Origin: an uncultured Nitrososphaerota archaeon | GTDB lineage: Archaea; Thermoproteota; Nitrososphaeria; Nitrososphaerales; Nitrosopumilaceae | Direction of reading: 5' to 3' | DNA length: 64,000 bases | Assembly (NCBI GenBank): GCA_963824385.1 | Contig: CAWGPD010000003.1 | Span: 96,001-160,000 of the forward strand | Shown here: one piece after another, positions 29,805 through 39,307 of the stretch | How the letters are laid out: every line of letters begins with the position of its first letter | How positions within the stretch are numbered: the stretch's first letter is position 1 | Notes under the pieces: model-generated | Databases searched by the model: none | Told to the model about the DNA's origin: nothing | Seen by the model: only the letters and a program-made list of their open reading frames with translations | Made by a program: the position numbers and the translations under genes

Positions 29805-30176
29805 TCAGTTAAAACTCTCTTCTACGTAGGATTGTATCTTGATTGAAATATCTGTCAAAACATGTCTATCGGTATTTCTGTCACAACTTACCAGGATTGT
29901 CCAATTATTATGATAATATATCAAAACATGAACCTTTTCCCTTATCAAATGAACCATGGTATTTTTACCAATAAGTTCATCATACAACACTAGCAATCGC
30001 CTGAGTATTTGCATGTCTATTCCAAGCAGAGATGCTTGTTTGTCATTTAGAAGAAAGGAATTTGTAGATATCTTGCTATGAACTATTTTACCTTCCTCGT
30101 CTGTAATGAATACAAAACGAATTAAATCGTTGATTTTTATTATGTTATTTAATAATTCTTCAAAATTAGATGTCAT
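29805..30176 (-). CDS. Roadblock/profilin-like protein
   Basis: IRFVFITDEEGKIV...YDELIGK...IREKVHVLIY. Confidence 0.72.
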   Translation of the reverse strand: MTSNFEELLNNIIKINDLIRFVFITDEEGKIVHSKISTNSFLLNDKQASLLGIDMQILRRLLVLYDELIGKNTMVHLIREKVHVLIYYHNNWTILVSCDRNTDRHVLTDISIKIQSYVEESFN

Positions 30177-30329
30177 CGTAAAATGATTTCAAGCGTAAGA
30201 TCACTTAACCTTTTGTATAACGGAAATGAAAAAATCAAGTAATTGTAAAAAATTAGGAAAACATCTTTTGAATTTAGAAAATGAAACTTTGTTATTCCTA
30301 AATAAAAAATTAAGGAAAAGGTTTTTAGG

Positions 30330-30480
30330 TTTTCACCATAATCACCTGATTATTTTACGGCGCAGAACGCGAGATGTAGCACCCTTAGTATGTTCAAACA
30401 CCCTCAGTTTACTCCTACTGTTAGTTCAAACAGTTTACTTCTCTTCCCACGTGTGATGGAGACACATACGATCAATCGAT
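30330..30480. ncRNA. Candidate structured ncRNA or regulatory element
   Basis: GC-richer intergenic block with internal repeats (GTTCAAACA x2, CAGTTTACT x2) and hairpins. Confidence 0.3.
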
Positions 30481-30503
30481 ACTGTGTACTCAAAATTAGG
30501 GAT

Positions 30504-31454
30504 TCAGACCTGTGAGATTCTGGTTCTTTTATGGGATTGGAACTGATACAAAAGAATAATTGAAACAATGCTTAGTGCAAGTACAATTTCAGCAAAAGGA
30601 AATTCAGGTACTGCCGGAATAAGTTTCGACATGTTAGTAATTTGCACAGGTGGTTGTTGATTTGTGATCAAATTTGTACTTGGTGTGTTAATAGTAGAAT
30701 TATTCTGAGATGCTACACTGGTACCAATAATTTGGATATCTTTGTTTCCTTGCAGGAACTGTATTGTCAAAATTCTATCACTTGTAGTCCCTTGTTCTTT
30801 TTGTGGAATAGTTTCTATACCATCAATTAAGATAGTAAACGGAACATCAATGCCATTACTTGTCTTTGCATCAAGCAAAGACCGTGGGAGCGAAAGTGTA
30901 ATTGTACCGTAATTAACTGATAGTATGGATACAGTCAGAGAAGGATTTGAGGTATCAGCAGACATTTTCATTACTGAACCTCCGAATATAGTATATGGCA
31001 CATTAAAGATCTGGTGATTATTTGGAATTTGTACTTGGAATGTATCATTGACAGGAGTAGTTGTTGCCGTAAATGCAAAAGTTGTTCGGGTTTGAACTTC
31101 AGAACCATATTGAACTAGAACGGTATAAACGCCGCCTGATTTCCACTCAGAGCCAGTTATCTCCACAAAGTCTGCGTAAGAACCATCTTGAACAACGCTA
31201 GTTTGTGCTGTCTGAATTAAATTACCGTAGGGATCTAAAATTTGGATAGTTATAGAATCTCCTTGTATAACAGTTTTAACAGCACCATAAATTACAATTG
31301 TATCGCCAAAGATGTAAGATGATTTGTCAGTCTTGGCGGTAATATTGGGATTTGTGAGAACTTTTTGTGCAAAAACGATATGAGGATATGTAGATAAAAG
31401 AATTAGACTTGAAATTGTTATTGCCATGATGAAATAAATACGGCTCAATAGCAA
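30504..31454 (-). CDS. Secreted PEF(G)-CTERM surface protein
   Basis: Signal peptide, TDKSSY.FGDTI, YTI.GG, LPRSLLDA, IQIIGT, C-terminal VPEFP + TM + basic tail. Confidence 0.88.
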   Translation of the reverse strand: MLLSRIYFIMAITISSLILLSTYPHIVFAQKVLTNPNITAKTDKSSYIFGDTIVIYGAVKTVIQGDSITIQILDPYGNLIQTAQTSVVQDGSYADFVEITGSEWKSGGVYTVLVQYGSEVQTRTTFAFTATTTPVNDTFQVQIPNNHQIFNVPYTIFGGSVMKMSADTSNPSLTVSILSVNYGTITLSLPRSLLDAKTSNGIDVPFTILIDGIETIPQKEQGTTSDRILTIQFLQGNKDIQIIGTSVASQNNSTINTPSTNLITNQQPPVQITNMSKLIPAVPEFPFAEIVLALSIVSIILLYQFQSHKRTRISQV

Positions 31455-31586
31455 ATTGTTGATCTTCTAGGGTTCTAAAGGTTTACGATAATAGCGAATT
31501 TTTGTGAGTAAACAGGGGGTAAACCATTTTTACTCGTTGTCAATAAACTCGTTTAGATTTAGTAGCGAGCCTTTAGAACCTGCATT

Positions 31587-31769
31587 CTAACGAGTAAAAT
31601 AATAACAATTCCATTTCATATGGGGAACTGATTCCATTTCATGTTGTAGGCAATGTAATTGAAAGTGTTCTTGTGGTATGTATGGAATAGCAAATAAATG
31701 TACGATGAAAATTAAAATTCCTATTCCAACTATTGAAATTATCAGTATTACAATAACTGATTTTTTCAC
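31587..31769 (-). CDS. Small membrane-anchored protein
   Basis: 60 aa with N-terminal TM. Confidence 0.5.
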   Translation of the reverse strand: MKKSVIVILIISIVGIGILIFIVHLFAIPYIPQEHFQLHCLQHEMESVPHMKWNCYYFTR

Positions 31770-31853
31770 ACCATTAGAATGTTAACATTAATGTTAAAGA
31801 TTATTCAAATCGTAACCTTCATGATTGAACAATTTCTAAAAATTCATTATGAT

Positions 31854-32060
31854 TTATTGAACTATCATTTCGCGGGGGCTATTTTCTGATTGGGAATTTG
31901 AATACCTGGATTTTAGATATAATACCTTGTCATCTCCTTCTGGAATTGGATTTGCGCATCTTCCACACTTTGGAAGCATCACAATTGCGTCCTCATCAAT
32001 TTCTCCTATGAACTTGCCACACTTTGAACAATAAATGCACTTTGTATCGTATATGTTCAT
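31854..32060 (-). CDS. Zinc-ribbon protein
   Basis: CSKCGKFIGEID...PKCGRCANP; paralog of 41143..41355. Confidence 0.8.
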   Translation of the reverse strand: MNIYDTKCIYCSKCGKFIGEIDEDAIVMLPKCGRCANPIPEGDDKVLYLKSRYSNSQSENSPREMIVQ

Positions 32061-32066
32061 ATCATA

Positions 32067-32447
32067 TCACGCCTTTCTAGAGCCTTGTTTCATGGATTTT
32101 GCATGTCTTATTGCATCCAAGATGTTTTTTACTCGTGATAAAAATTCTCCTTCATTATCCACTACAAAAATTAATGTGTTTGATTCTTGCGGAATGGTAA
32201 TTATTCTATGATTCTCCCTCTCTGTTACTGAATATTTGACCTGTCCAAAATCCTCATCGTAATCTTGGTTCATCCTCTGTTGCAAAGAGCATGACATGAA
32301 AAACATCTCCTTTTGTTCTTTGGATAAATTAAGGCTATTTTTGTTGCAGTCTACAAGACGGCCATTTTTAGTAATCAATCCGATAAAATCAATTCCCTCC
32401 CCTAACATGTGTTCATCAAGGTGTCTGGCCTCGATAGTTTGAGACAT
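32067..32447 (-). CDS. Roadblock/profilin-like protein (DUF6659-type)
   Basis: FIGLITKNGRL, KEMFFMSCSL, DYDEDFGQVKYSVTER. Confidence 0.8.
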   Translation of the reverse strand: MSQTIEARHLDEHMLGEGIDFIGLITKNGRLVDCNKNSLNLSKEQKEMFFMSCSLQQRMNQDYDEDFGQVKYSVTERENHRIITIPQESNTLIFVVDNEGEFLSRVKNILDAIRHAKSMKQGSRKA

Positions 32448-32543
32448 GCTATTTCACTAGGGTAGAATACGTGTCATTTCCTAATAAACCTGATCATAAT
32501 CTTCCTATGATGTAATATTTTATTGCACAAAAAGTGGAAGAAC

Positions 32544-32708
32544 CTATGTTGCAGGCATAGATTCTGATTCAAGTTCATACAATCTCTTTTGCAACATCTT
32601 TTTGTAGTCTTGTGCAGTTGGTTTCTTTTTAGAATTGTCACCATCAGTTGATAGCACAAAATCTTCTTTTGTATCACTGAACATCTTGCGTTGAGATCTT
32701 GTTATCAT
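32544..32708 (-). CDS. Small hypothetical protein (54 aa)
   Basis: Manual translation MITRSQRKMFSDTKEDF...YKKMLQKRLYELESESMPAT. Confidence 0.45.
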   Translation of the reverse strand: MITRSQRKMFSDTKEDFVLSTDGDNSKKKPTAQDYKKMLQKRLYELESESMPAT

Positions 32709-32794
32709 GTAATGTAATACACTTTGAAATATTTTAACTTGATCAGAATTTTTTCTTGAATAATATTTTTATCTTTGGAACACGTAATAGTACC

Positions 32795-32926
32795 ATGACA
32801 AAAGAATTTTGCCATTTCTGCAAAGAAGGTGGCAAACAATGTGTGCAGGTTGACACAAAACAGCAAGTGTACATGGAGATGTATCATATTGTCTGCTCTA
32901 AATGTGGAAGACTGTTAGTAGCGTAG
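32795..32926 (+). CDS. Zinc-finger micro-protein (43 aa)
   Basis: MTKEFCHFCKEGG...HIVCSKCGRLLVA. Confidence 0.6.
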   Translation: MTKEFCHFCKEGGKQCVQVDTKQQVYMEMYHIVCSKCGRLLVA

Positions 32927-33034
32927 ATTATTTTTTTTATTTTAGAACAACATTATTCTAGAACATTTTTGTAAAATGATTTGAAATTGCATAGTTTTAC
33001 CTGACATACATACGTACAGTTTTTGAGAGTTATT

Positions 33035-33262
33035 CTAGACTGCTCTGAAGACTAGAGCGATGTATCCTATTAGGACACCGGCAAAGATCAGCCCTGCACC
33101 CTCAAAGAATGCAAGCTGATTTGTGCCTCCTCCATATCCTCCACTTTCGGGATTGATAACAAATATCGTCACCAAGCAGGTAGCAAGCATTATTGCCACT
33201 GCAATTGGAAGATATTCGCTATGTTGTTTTCGTGTTTCATACGAGTCGCGGTATGAAGACAT
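33035..33262 (-). CDS. Small two-TM protein
   Basis: 75 aa with two hydrophobic helices. Confidence 0.6.
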   Translation of the reverse strand: MSSYRDSYETRKQHSEYLPIAVAIMLATCLVTIFVINPESGGYGGGTNQLAFFEGAGLIFAGVLIGYIALVFRAV

Positions 33263-33357
33263 GGGTAATAATACGTGATTCTAAGATATACGGGTATCTG
33301 TTATAGTGGAACATTTATCAAACACAGATACATGACGGTAAAAGTCAGAGACTGTCC

Positions 33358-33627
33358 ATGTGGGAACAAACAAAAAAAAGACCTCAGGTTAAGATGCTGA
33401 TTCTAATCGTCCTAGTGGTATCATTTATCCCGTTTTCGTACCTGTGGTATGAACAACTGACTAGTCTCAAATGCTCTGCTTCTACTGGAATAATTTACCA
33501 GGCAAGCCCCGGTAATCATAGCTGTACACAGCAAACAGGTATGCATTGGGCAATATTTTATGGGATTAATAGTATGATATACGGAATCCCACTGCTTACA
33601 TTTGTTCTAAAATCAAAAACAAAGTAG
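33358..33627 (+). CDS. Small two-TM protein with a Cys pair in the loop
   Basis: 89-aa ORF. Confidence 0.6.
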   Translation: MWEQTKKRPQVKMLILIVLVVSFIPFSYLWYEQLTSLKCSASTGIIYQASPGNHSCTQQTGMHWAIFYGINSMIYGIPLLTFVLKSKTK

Positions 33628-33791
33628 GCTTGGCAGTTTACGAGTGTCCATTGTGTAGAGCCAAGATGATATTGACTATGAACATTCTCCAAGATATTTT
33701 TGGTGTGACGATTGTAGGATTAAAGTTTGGAGATACTGGAAACTGCTTTGATATTTTGATTTGAATGCATATTATTCCTAGTTGGAAATGA

Positions 33792-34127
33792 TTGAAAATG
33801 AATAATACTAAAAAACAGCTATATGTATTATACATGATATTCTTAGCAGGAACAAATAGGACTGTAGTAGTGACATGTATTGAAGTGGCATTGATGAAGA
33901 GAGGGAATGCCAATTATAATTTAGTCATAGCAAAACTTCGGTCATTTTACAATTGTGATATTGAAGATTGTATTAACAATCTAGAATATTTGCGAACAGT
34001 ATTAAAAGAAGTGTATGAGCAAGACTATACTTCTGTTTTAGAGGATATTACTTGGGAATTGGAGACATTGGATGTATTTGAGATAAACGATTTCAAATCT
34101 GAGTTTTGTAAAATCATGGCAAGTTAA
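33792..34127 (+). CDS. Stand-alone NitrOD5-like (thaumarchaeal output domain) protein
   Basis: CIEVALMKRGNANYNLVIAKLRSFYNCDIEDCINNLEYLRTVLKEVY; paralog of 43572..43856. Confidence 0.7.
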   Translation: MKMNNTKKQLYVLYMIFLAGTNRTVVVTCIEVALMKRGNANYNLVIAKLRSFYNCDIEDCINNLEYLRTVLKEVYEQDYTSVLEDITWELETLDVFEINDFKSEFCKIMAS

Positions 34128-34211
34128 TTGTGCCTGGATAAAAAGAATTTTTGATTCTTAAACTAAAAAAATAAAAGCAAGTTCTACGTAATTATATATC
34201 CATGCGTACAC

Positions 34212-34655
34212 TTGATTCAAAAACTAGAGTCAAACAAATTGGAAGATATGATTGATTTTAGTGACTCTCTAGTAATTCTTTCAGTAGTTGTTCTAATGAT
34301 ATCTGTAAGTATTGGTGGAATGTACTATCTTGACAAGACTAGACTAGATAAAAAACAGCGAACTCCTACTTTTAGTAAATTACAAAGAACCAGATATAAA
34401 GATGGATCGTGGTCAATACTACTTTATTCACCTAGTAGATCAATAGCAAAATGTAATGCTACATTTAGAGATGTCCCGCTTTTTGAAATTGGGTCTAATT
34501 ATTACGAGAAAAGTCTAGCATTGGAGGAAGGAATGGCATTTCTTGTACCTTACGCTTCTGAAGATGATGATGATGGATTGATAAAAATCCGGGATGGAAA
34601 AATAGTTATAATTAAAGAAAAATTCAACAAAATTCCAATACGTAAATGGAGTTGA
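34212..34655 (+). CDS. Single-TM hypothetical protein
   Basis: 147 aa with N-terminal TM. Confidence 0.65.
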   Translation: MIQKLESNKLEDMIDFSDSLVILSVVVLMISVSIGGMYYLDKTRLDKKQRTPTFSKLQRTRYKDGSWSILLYSPSRSIAKCNATFRDVPLFEIGSNYYEKSLALEEGMAFLVPYASEDDDDGLIKIRDGKIVIIKEKFNKIPIRKWS

Positions 34656-34733
34656 TCTCAATCTCAAAAACAGGTTTACCATGCCCATCCTGAATAGAAT
34701 AGCCTTACAGAACCAAAAATTTACCAGTAATAT

Positions 34734-34982
34734 CTAAAAAATGTATGAAAATGCAAGGTTTTGACCAATTATGACCATTACTATTGCCAACAACCACGTG
34801 TGATTTCCAGTCCTAGCCACTGTCCTCCCACAGACATTACATATCCAGCGTGATTGAATCATAGTCAATCTGTGCTCATGTCGTGCTTCTGACATGACCT
34901 TTCTTATAGATCGATTTGATATTTTTTTATGCGGCTGGGTAGGAGAATCGTATGGTACTACTTTTTTATTCCGCAGCCGCAT
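34734..34982 (-). CDS. HxH...CxxC small protein fused to the remnant of a membrane ORF
   Basis: HEHRL...RWICNVCG, paralog of 38823..39026; its tail resembles the start of 39019..39267. Confidence 0.55.
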   Translation of the reverse strand: MRLRNKKVVPYDSPTQPHKKISNRSIRKVMSEARHEHRLTMIQSRWICNVCGRTVARTGNHTWLLAIVMVIIGQNLAFSYIF

Positions 34983-34997
34983 GAATTACTAAAAAAC

Positions 34998-35042
34998 ATT
35001 CTTTGTATATTATATTTGAGGATCACTTCTCAAAATGAAAAA
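34998..35042 (-). promoter_or_regulatory. Operator/TATA element, copy A
   Basis: Minus strand TTTTCATTTTGAG-AAGTGATC-CTCAAA-TATAATATACAAAG, about 32 bp before ATG34982. Confidence 0.7.
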
Positions 35043-35050
35043 TAAAATAT

Positions 35051-35266
35051 TCATGCGATAGATCTAGAGTCGTGACATATCATGGATGTAAGAAAGTCAT
35101 GAGTTTGGGGAATTGATTCTATACTATCAAAACAATCCGAGTGTAACTGCTCTATAGTTTTTAATCCACATTTAACACAAATTTGTTGCGTTACTTTTCT
35201 ACATTCTGCACACAGTGAACATTTTTTTAATATTCCTCCACATGTTCTACATGATTCGTCTGGCAT
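35051..35266 (-). CDS. Multi-CxxC zinc-ribbon protein
   Basis: MPDESCRTCGG...CAECRK...ICVKCG...H..C. Confidence 0.75.
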   Translation of the reverse strand: MPDESCRTCGGILKKCSLCAECRKVTQQICVKCGLKTIEQLHSDCFDSIESIPQTHDFLTSMICHDSRSIA

Positions 35267-35293
35267 GTCTACTTTTAAAATAATATTCGTGTT

Positions 35294-35332
35294 GATATAT
35301 TATATTTGAGGAACACTTGTCGAAATGAAAGA
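35294..35332 (-). promoter_or_regulatory. Operator/TATA element, copy B
   Basis: Minus strand TTTCATTTCGAC-AAGTGTTC-CTCAAA-TATAATATA upstream of ATG35266. Confidence 0.65.
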
Positions 35333-35354
35333 TAAAAAATGATCTAGTGAAACT

Positions 35355-35654
35355 TTATTTTTTGAGTATTGCCAAAAAGAACATGCCCATGATAGCCATT
35401 GTCATTATTGCAAATGATAGATATCTAATATCATCTGGCATGAAATGGACCACTGCCTGATCTACATAATTTAGAGTATGTTGTGCTGCAAACAAGACAA
35501 ATGCAATAGCAACATAGATCAATTTTTGCAGGCGTGTATTTCTATAGGCTTTGATAGTTATTGCCAGTAAGAAAAGTGCACATATTGTGATTATAATTTG
35601 AGCAATAAGAAATGCTTCACTTGTGGGACTAAAGCCTGATTCAGGTAGTGCCAT
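35355..35654 (-). CDS. Three-TM membrane protein coupled to the wHTH regulator
   Basis: IKAYRNTRLQKLIYVAIAFVLFA; start overlaps the stop of the upstream gene. Confidence 0.78.
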   Translation of the reverse strand: MALPESGFSPTSEAFLIAQIIITICALFLLAITIKAYRNTRLQKLIYVAIAFVLFAAQHTLNYVDQAVVHFMPDDIRYLSFAIMTMAIMGMFFLAILKK

Positions 35655-36220
35655 TATTTTTCATTCTCCGATGGTGAAGAAGATAGGAATAACTCTGCCA
35701 ATCTGTTACTCCACTTGTCCCATATTGAAGAATGATAGTTTTTCAAAAGATTCACTATATTTTCATGGGTTCCATTTAGTAGGTATTTTTTGAACTTTCC
35801 CTCTTTTTCTTCATATATTATACCAAGACTAACTAGTCTCTTAAGGTGCCAATTGGCTGTGGCATGTGATATTTTGATGTTATTTGCAATATCAGTCTGA
35901 GTGGGGTTTTTTCTTTCAATTATCAATAGGATTATCTCTCTTACTGTATCCTGGTTTAAAATTTTAAGTAAATTTCGCTCAAAAGTTTTAAAAAATCCTA
36001 CAGGAAAATAGAATCTTTTTAGATTTTCTTTCTCCGAGACGATTCGCCCTGCTTGTTCTAAGATATTCAAGTGATATCGTACACTACCCATTGACATGTT
36101 CAAATCCTTTTTGATCCATCGCATATGACATCCGGGATTTTCTTGTATAAACTGTAAAACTTTCTCTGTATTCTCATTGAGTATGTCCCCCACTGTTATC
36201 ACTTCAATATGCCTAGTCAA
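35654..36220 (-). CDS. Tandem winged-helix transcriptional regulator (ArsR/MarR-like)
   Basis: FIQENPGCH...SVRYHLNILE and NPTQTDIA...TANWHLKRL. Confidence 0.88.
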   Translation of the reverse strand: MTRHIEVITVGDILNENTEKVLQFIQENPGCHMRWIKKDLNMSMGSVRYHLNILEQAGRIVSEKENLKRFYFPVGFFKTFERNLLKILNQDTVREIILLIIERKNPTQTDIANNIKISHATANWHLKRLVSLGIIYEEKEGKFKKYLLNGTHENIVNLLKNYHSSIWDKWSNRLAELFLSSSPSENEK

Positions 36221-36482
36221 GAATAAAACAATTCTATAACTTTGTTAGTGAATAATGTTCTAAATGGCATGACAATTCTTTTGGTTCTTTGTCTATGCTA
36301 GTCTTTAAACTAAATTGATGATACAAGTTCAACATTTTGGAATTTTGTAAGTCGATATGTAAAAAATTTATAGATATGCAAGACTTTATCTTCATTTTTT
36401 ATCATCAGATGCATACTGCTAATCAAAGTATATGTCTAATCTAGTGATTTAATATTTGTAGCACAAACATCAAAACGTCATT

Positions 36483-37013
36483 TTGATTTTATGCATATAC
36501 GTTATATCCATAGGGTGTTTTTTGATGCTTGTTTTTGATTATTGTGTCACATTTCTTATTAATTTGATTACGATTATTGCCACTGTGCTAAAACCATATT
36601 CATCTAAAAAGTTGGTCTCTCAAAATATTGGGAAGAGTAAGGTTTTGATTCAAACTGATTCGTTATTGGAAAAGGGAGTTGAATATTTGGCAATCATTAA
36701 CAAGAAAGGTAGAATTGAAGATGCCATATACAAAAACGACATAAATCTAAATGATGAGAGAAAACAGGTCTTTTTCCTGAGTATTTTACTACACAATTCA
36801 ATGCAGCGTGATTTTGACGAGGAATTTGGGGAAGTTAATTATACCATGGCAGATAGGGGAAATTCAAAATTTGTGGCAGTACCCACACGTGACGGGATTT
36901 TATTTGCAAAATTAGACAAATCACTAGACCCAACTGTATTTATTAAAAAAATTCTTGGAATTCTCAAATTTTCCAACGGAGCATTTTCTATACGAGATGA
37001 GATTTACCAATAA
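36483..37013 (+). CDS. Roadblock/profilin-like protein (true start probably downstream)
   Basis: YLAIINKKGRI, RDFDEEFGEVNYTMADR. Confidence 0.75.
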   Translation: MILCIYVISIGCFLMLVFDYCVTFLINLITIIATVLKPYSSKKLVSQNIGKSKVLIQTDSLLEKGVEYLAIINKKGRIEDAIYKNDINLNDERKQVFFLSILLHNSMQRDFDEEFGEVNYTMADRGNSKFVAVPTRDGILFAKLDKSLDPTVFIKKILGILKFSNGAFSIRDEIYQ

Positions 37014-37134
37014 ATTTTATGCGTTCTTAAAATTTATTCAAATGAGATTGTCTAAAAAAAATTGATTAACAATAAAATTATTTAAAATATATAGTACAAT
37101 TATCTAAATATTTTTTTATAACAAAAATTAATTT

Positions 37135-37182
37135 TTTCAATTAGAGAAATGAGCCACAATTGTTTATAATCTCTAATTGAAA
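37135..37182 (+). promoter_or_regulatory. Operator/TATA element, degenerate copy E, inside a 13-bp inverted repeat
   Basis: TTTCAATTAGAG-AAATGAGC-CACAAT-TGTTTATAA; arms TTTCAATTAGAGA and TCTCTAATTGAAA. Confidence 0.5.
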
Positions 37183-37200
37183 TTACTTGCAAGAACCAAC

Positions 37201-38170
37201 ATGAACGTCCAGCAACAAAACAAAATCAAATCTGACCTGACAAAAAAGGTTACTGCAATTGCATTAGCATCTGTATTGGTTGTATCCTTTTTTGGAGGTA
37301 ATTTGATGACTTTGCAGGCAATGGCAGTTACTGATAATCAGGCTGCAAAACAGACATTACGTCAAACGCTGCAACAAGATCAAACAACATACAAGCAAGC
37401 AGTTCAAGCAGCAGACCTTGCGTACAAGCAAGCAGTACAAACAGCAGATCTTGCTCACTCACAAGCAGTCCAAGATGCAAATGACGCATACAATCAAGCT
37501 GCACAAGATGCAAAATCTGCATACAATACTGTAGTTAGCAGTGCACATGGAAATGCAGCGATAATTGGTTCTGCTATGTCAACAAGAGACCAAGCAATTG
37601 CAACGGCTCAGACTACAAAAATTAATGCAATTGTAACTGCCGATACTACACATGACAAGGCAGTAAATGATGCATGGGTTGCACATGAGACTACAGTCTA
37701 TACATCTCTTGCAACACGTGATGGCAACGACGGAACTGCACAGAGTACATTCTATACCACTATAGGAAATGCTACACTTGCAACTAGAGCCCAGACAATA
37801 GGTCAGGCACATGTTACAGAAGACAATTCCATTTTGCAAGCTCAGAGAAACAAGAATTGCCGCAGTAGAAATTGCCGATGCTACAAAGATTCAGGCAGTA
37901 GGGGCTGCACAGATTGCATATGTTAGTGCAGAGAGCAGTGCTCATGTGACACTTGATAATGCTTACACTACTGATGCCAAGACTTGGAATGCAGAGCAGC
38001 AATCATACTGGAATACAGTAGCTCTACTTGTACAAACAGAAGATAGTGCCATTGCTACAGCCAATGCAAACCAAGTAACTGCAATAGGAAATGCTGATGC
38101 CACAAGAGATCAGGCAATTGATCAGGCTCATGCCACAATGTATGGAGCCATTTCAGCAGCATACCAATAA
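37201..38170 (+). CDS. Secreted Ala/Gln/Thr-rich protein with 11-residue repeats, frameshift at about 37845
   Basis: Signal peptide; YKQAVQAADLA-YKQAVQTADLA-HSQAVQDANDA-YNQAAQDAKSA; continues as ETRIAAVEIADATK. Confidence 0.8.
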
Positions 38171-38222
38171 GCCGACAAAATCGGCTCTCTTTTTTTATTG
38201 TATTGTATAATATGATGTATGA

Positions 38223-38263
38223 TTTTTCATTTTGAGACTTGTGCCTCAAATATAATATATAAA
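38223..38263 (+). promoter_or_regulatory. Operator/TATA element, copy C
   Basis: TTTTCATTTTGAG-ACTTGTGC-CTCAAA-TATAATATA, 31 bp before ATG38282. Confidence 0.7.
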
Positions 38264-38281
38264 ATTCGATATAATATAACC

Positions 38282-38680
38282 ATGAATTTCAGTATTGATT
38301 CAAAAACAAATAAGGGATTGTTCATGGGATTAGTAATCTGTACCTTGGGATCAATCATAGCAAATAGTTCCACATGGACTGTCTCTGCTGATAGTTGTTA
38401 TGCACGTGGACCAAACTTTGATCTGCATGGATGTAATTTTACAAGTGCAGATCTTAGTAATCTAAATCTCTTTGGTGTAAACCTTAGTGGAGCAAATCTC
38501 TTTGGTGCAAATCTCAGTGGTACGAATCTTAGTAATGCAAACCTTCTTGGTGCCAACCTTAGCTATACTGATCTTGCTAATACAGATTTTACTAATGCAA
38601 ACCTTGGTGGTATTAGCTACAATGGATGTATTGGAACACCAATTGGAACACCTGCGCAAGGAACACTGCCAACCTGTTAA
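38282..38680 (+). CDS. Secreted pentapeptide-repeat protein
   Basis: Signal peptide; ADLSN LNLFG VNLSG ANLFG ANLSG TNLSN ANLLG ANLSY. Confidence 0.88.
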   Translation: MNFSIDSKTNKGLFMGLVICTLGSIIANSSTWTVSADSCYARGPNFDLHGCNFTSADLSNLNLFGVNLSGANLFGANLSGTNLSNANLLGANLSYTDLANTDFTNANLGGISYNGCIGTPIGTPAQGTLPTC

Positions 38681-38761
38681 TTAAATTAAAAATCTATTTA
38701 TGAAAATAAATCCTATGGCACATCTCTAGTTCTGATTATGTTATCATGCAAGTATGATTAG

Positions 38762-38806
38762 TTTTTCATTTAGAGACTTGTGCCTCAAATATAATATACA
38801 AAGAAT
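38762..38806 (+). promoter_or_regulatory. Operator/TATA element, copy D
   Basis: TTTTCATTTAGAG-ACTTGTGC-CTCAAA-TATAATATACAAAGAAT upstream of ATG38823. Confidence 0.7.
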
Positions 38807-38822
38807 CACTAGATGAAACATT

Positions 38823-39026
38823 ATGAGATGGCATGATGAAAAGATCTCTTTGCCAAATGTCCCTGCTAGAGTAGATCCGACTATTAAGTACTCATCTGCC
38901 ACTCATTCCCCCAAAAAAACAAAGTCATTGCAAAAAAAGACAGACCAAAAAACACATCACCAACACGAATGGAATATATATTCGAATCGATGGGTGTGTA
39001 ATGTATGCGGTATGAAATATGGCTAA
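38823..39026 (+). CDS. HxH...CxxC small zinc-binding protein
   Basis: HQHEW...RWVCNVCG. Confidence 0.65.
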   Translation: MRWHDEKISLPNVPARVDPTIKYSSATHSPKKTKSLQKKTDQKTHHQHEWNIYSNRWVCNVCGMKYG

Positions 39027-39267
39027 GATAGCAGACTATGACATTTGGTTATTGGTATTAGTGATATTTGTAATAGGACTAACTCCAATATTTTCAGGTG
39101 TTGCCTTTGCACAGATGTATAACGATGCTGATAATCCGGTCGGTTCTATGGCTATTTATGCATGGGGAACTGCAGCAGTTGTTGTTGGTATAACGACAGG
39201 AGTAGGTATCTTGACAATAGTTCGAAAAGTAAATTCCAAACACCATTTGTTAAGAAATGGGTTTTAA
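39019..39267 (+). CDS. Small exported/membrane protein
   Basis: Signal ending AFAQ, second TM, basic tail. Confidence 0.65.
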   Translation: MAKIADYDIWLLVLVIFVIGLTPIFSGVAFAQMYNDADNPVGSMAIYAWGTAAVVVGITTGVGILTIVRKVNSKHHLLRNGF

Positions 39268-39307
39268 CTTACAACTAAACACTTTCATGTTCTTGGGATG
39301 ATTCAAA

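Noticed and set aside
30226..30456. 76-aa ORF
   Set aside because: Low-complexity translation of A-tracts and the structured intergenic block; no homology cues.
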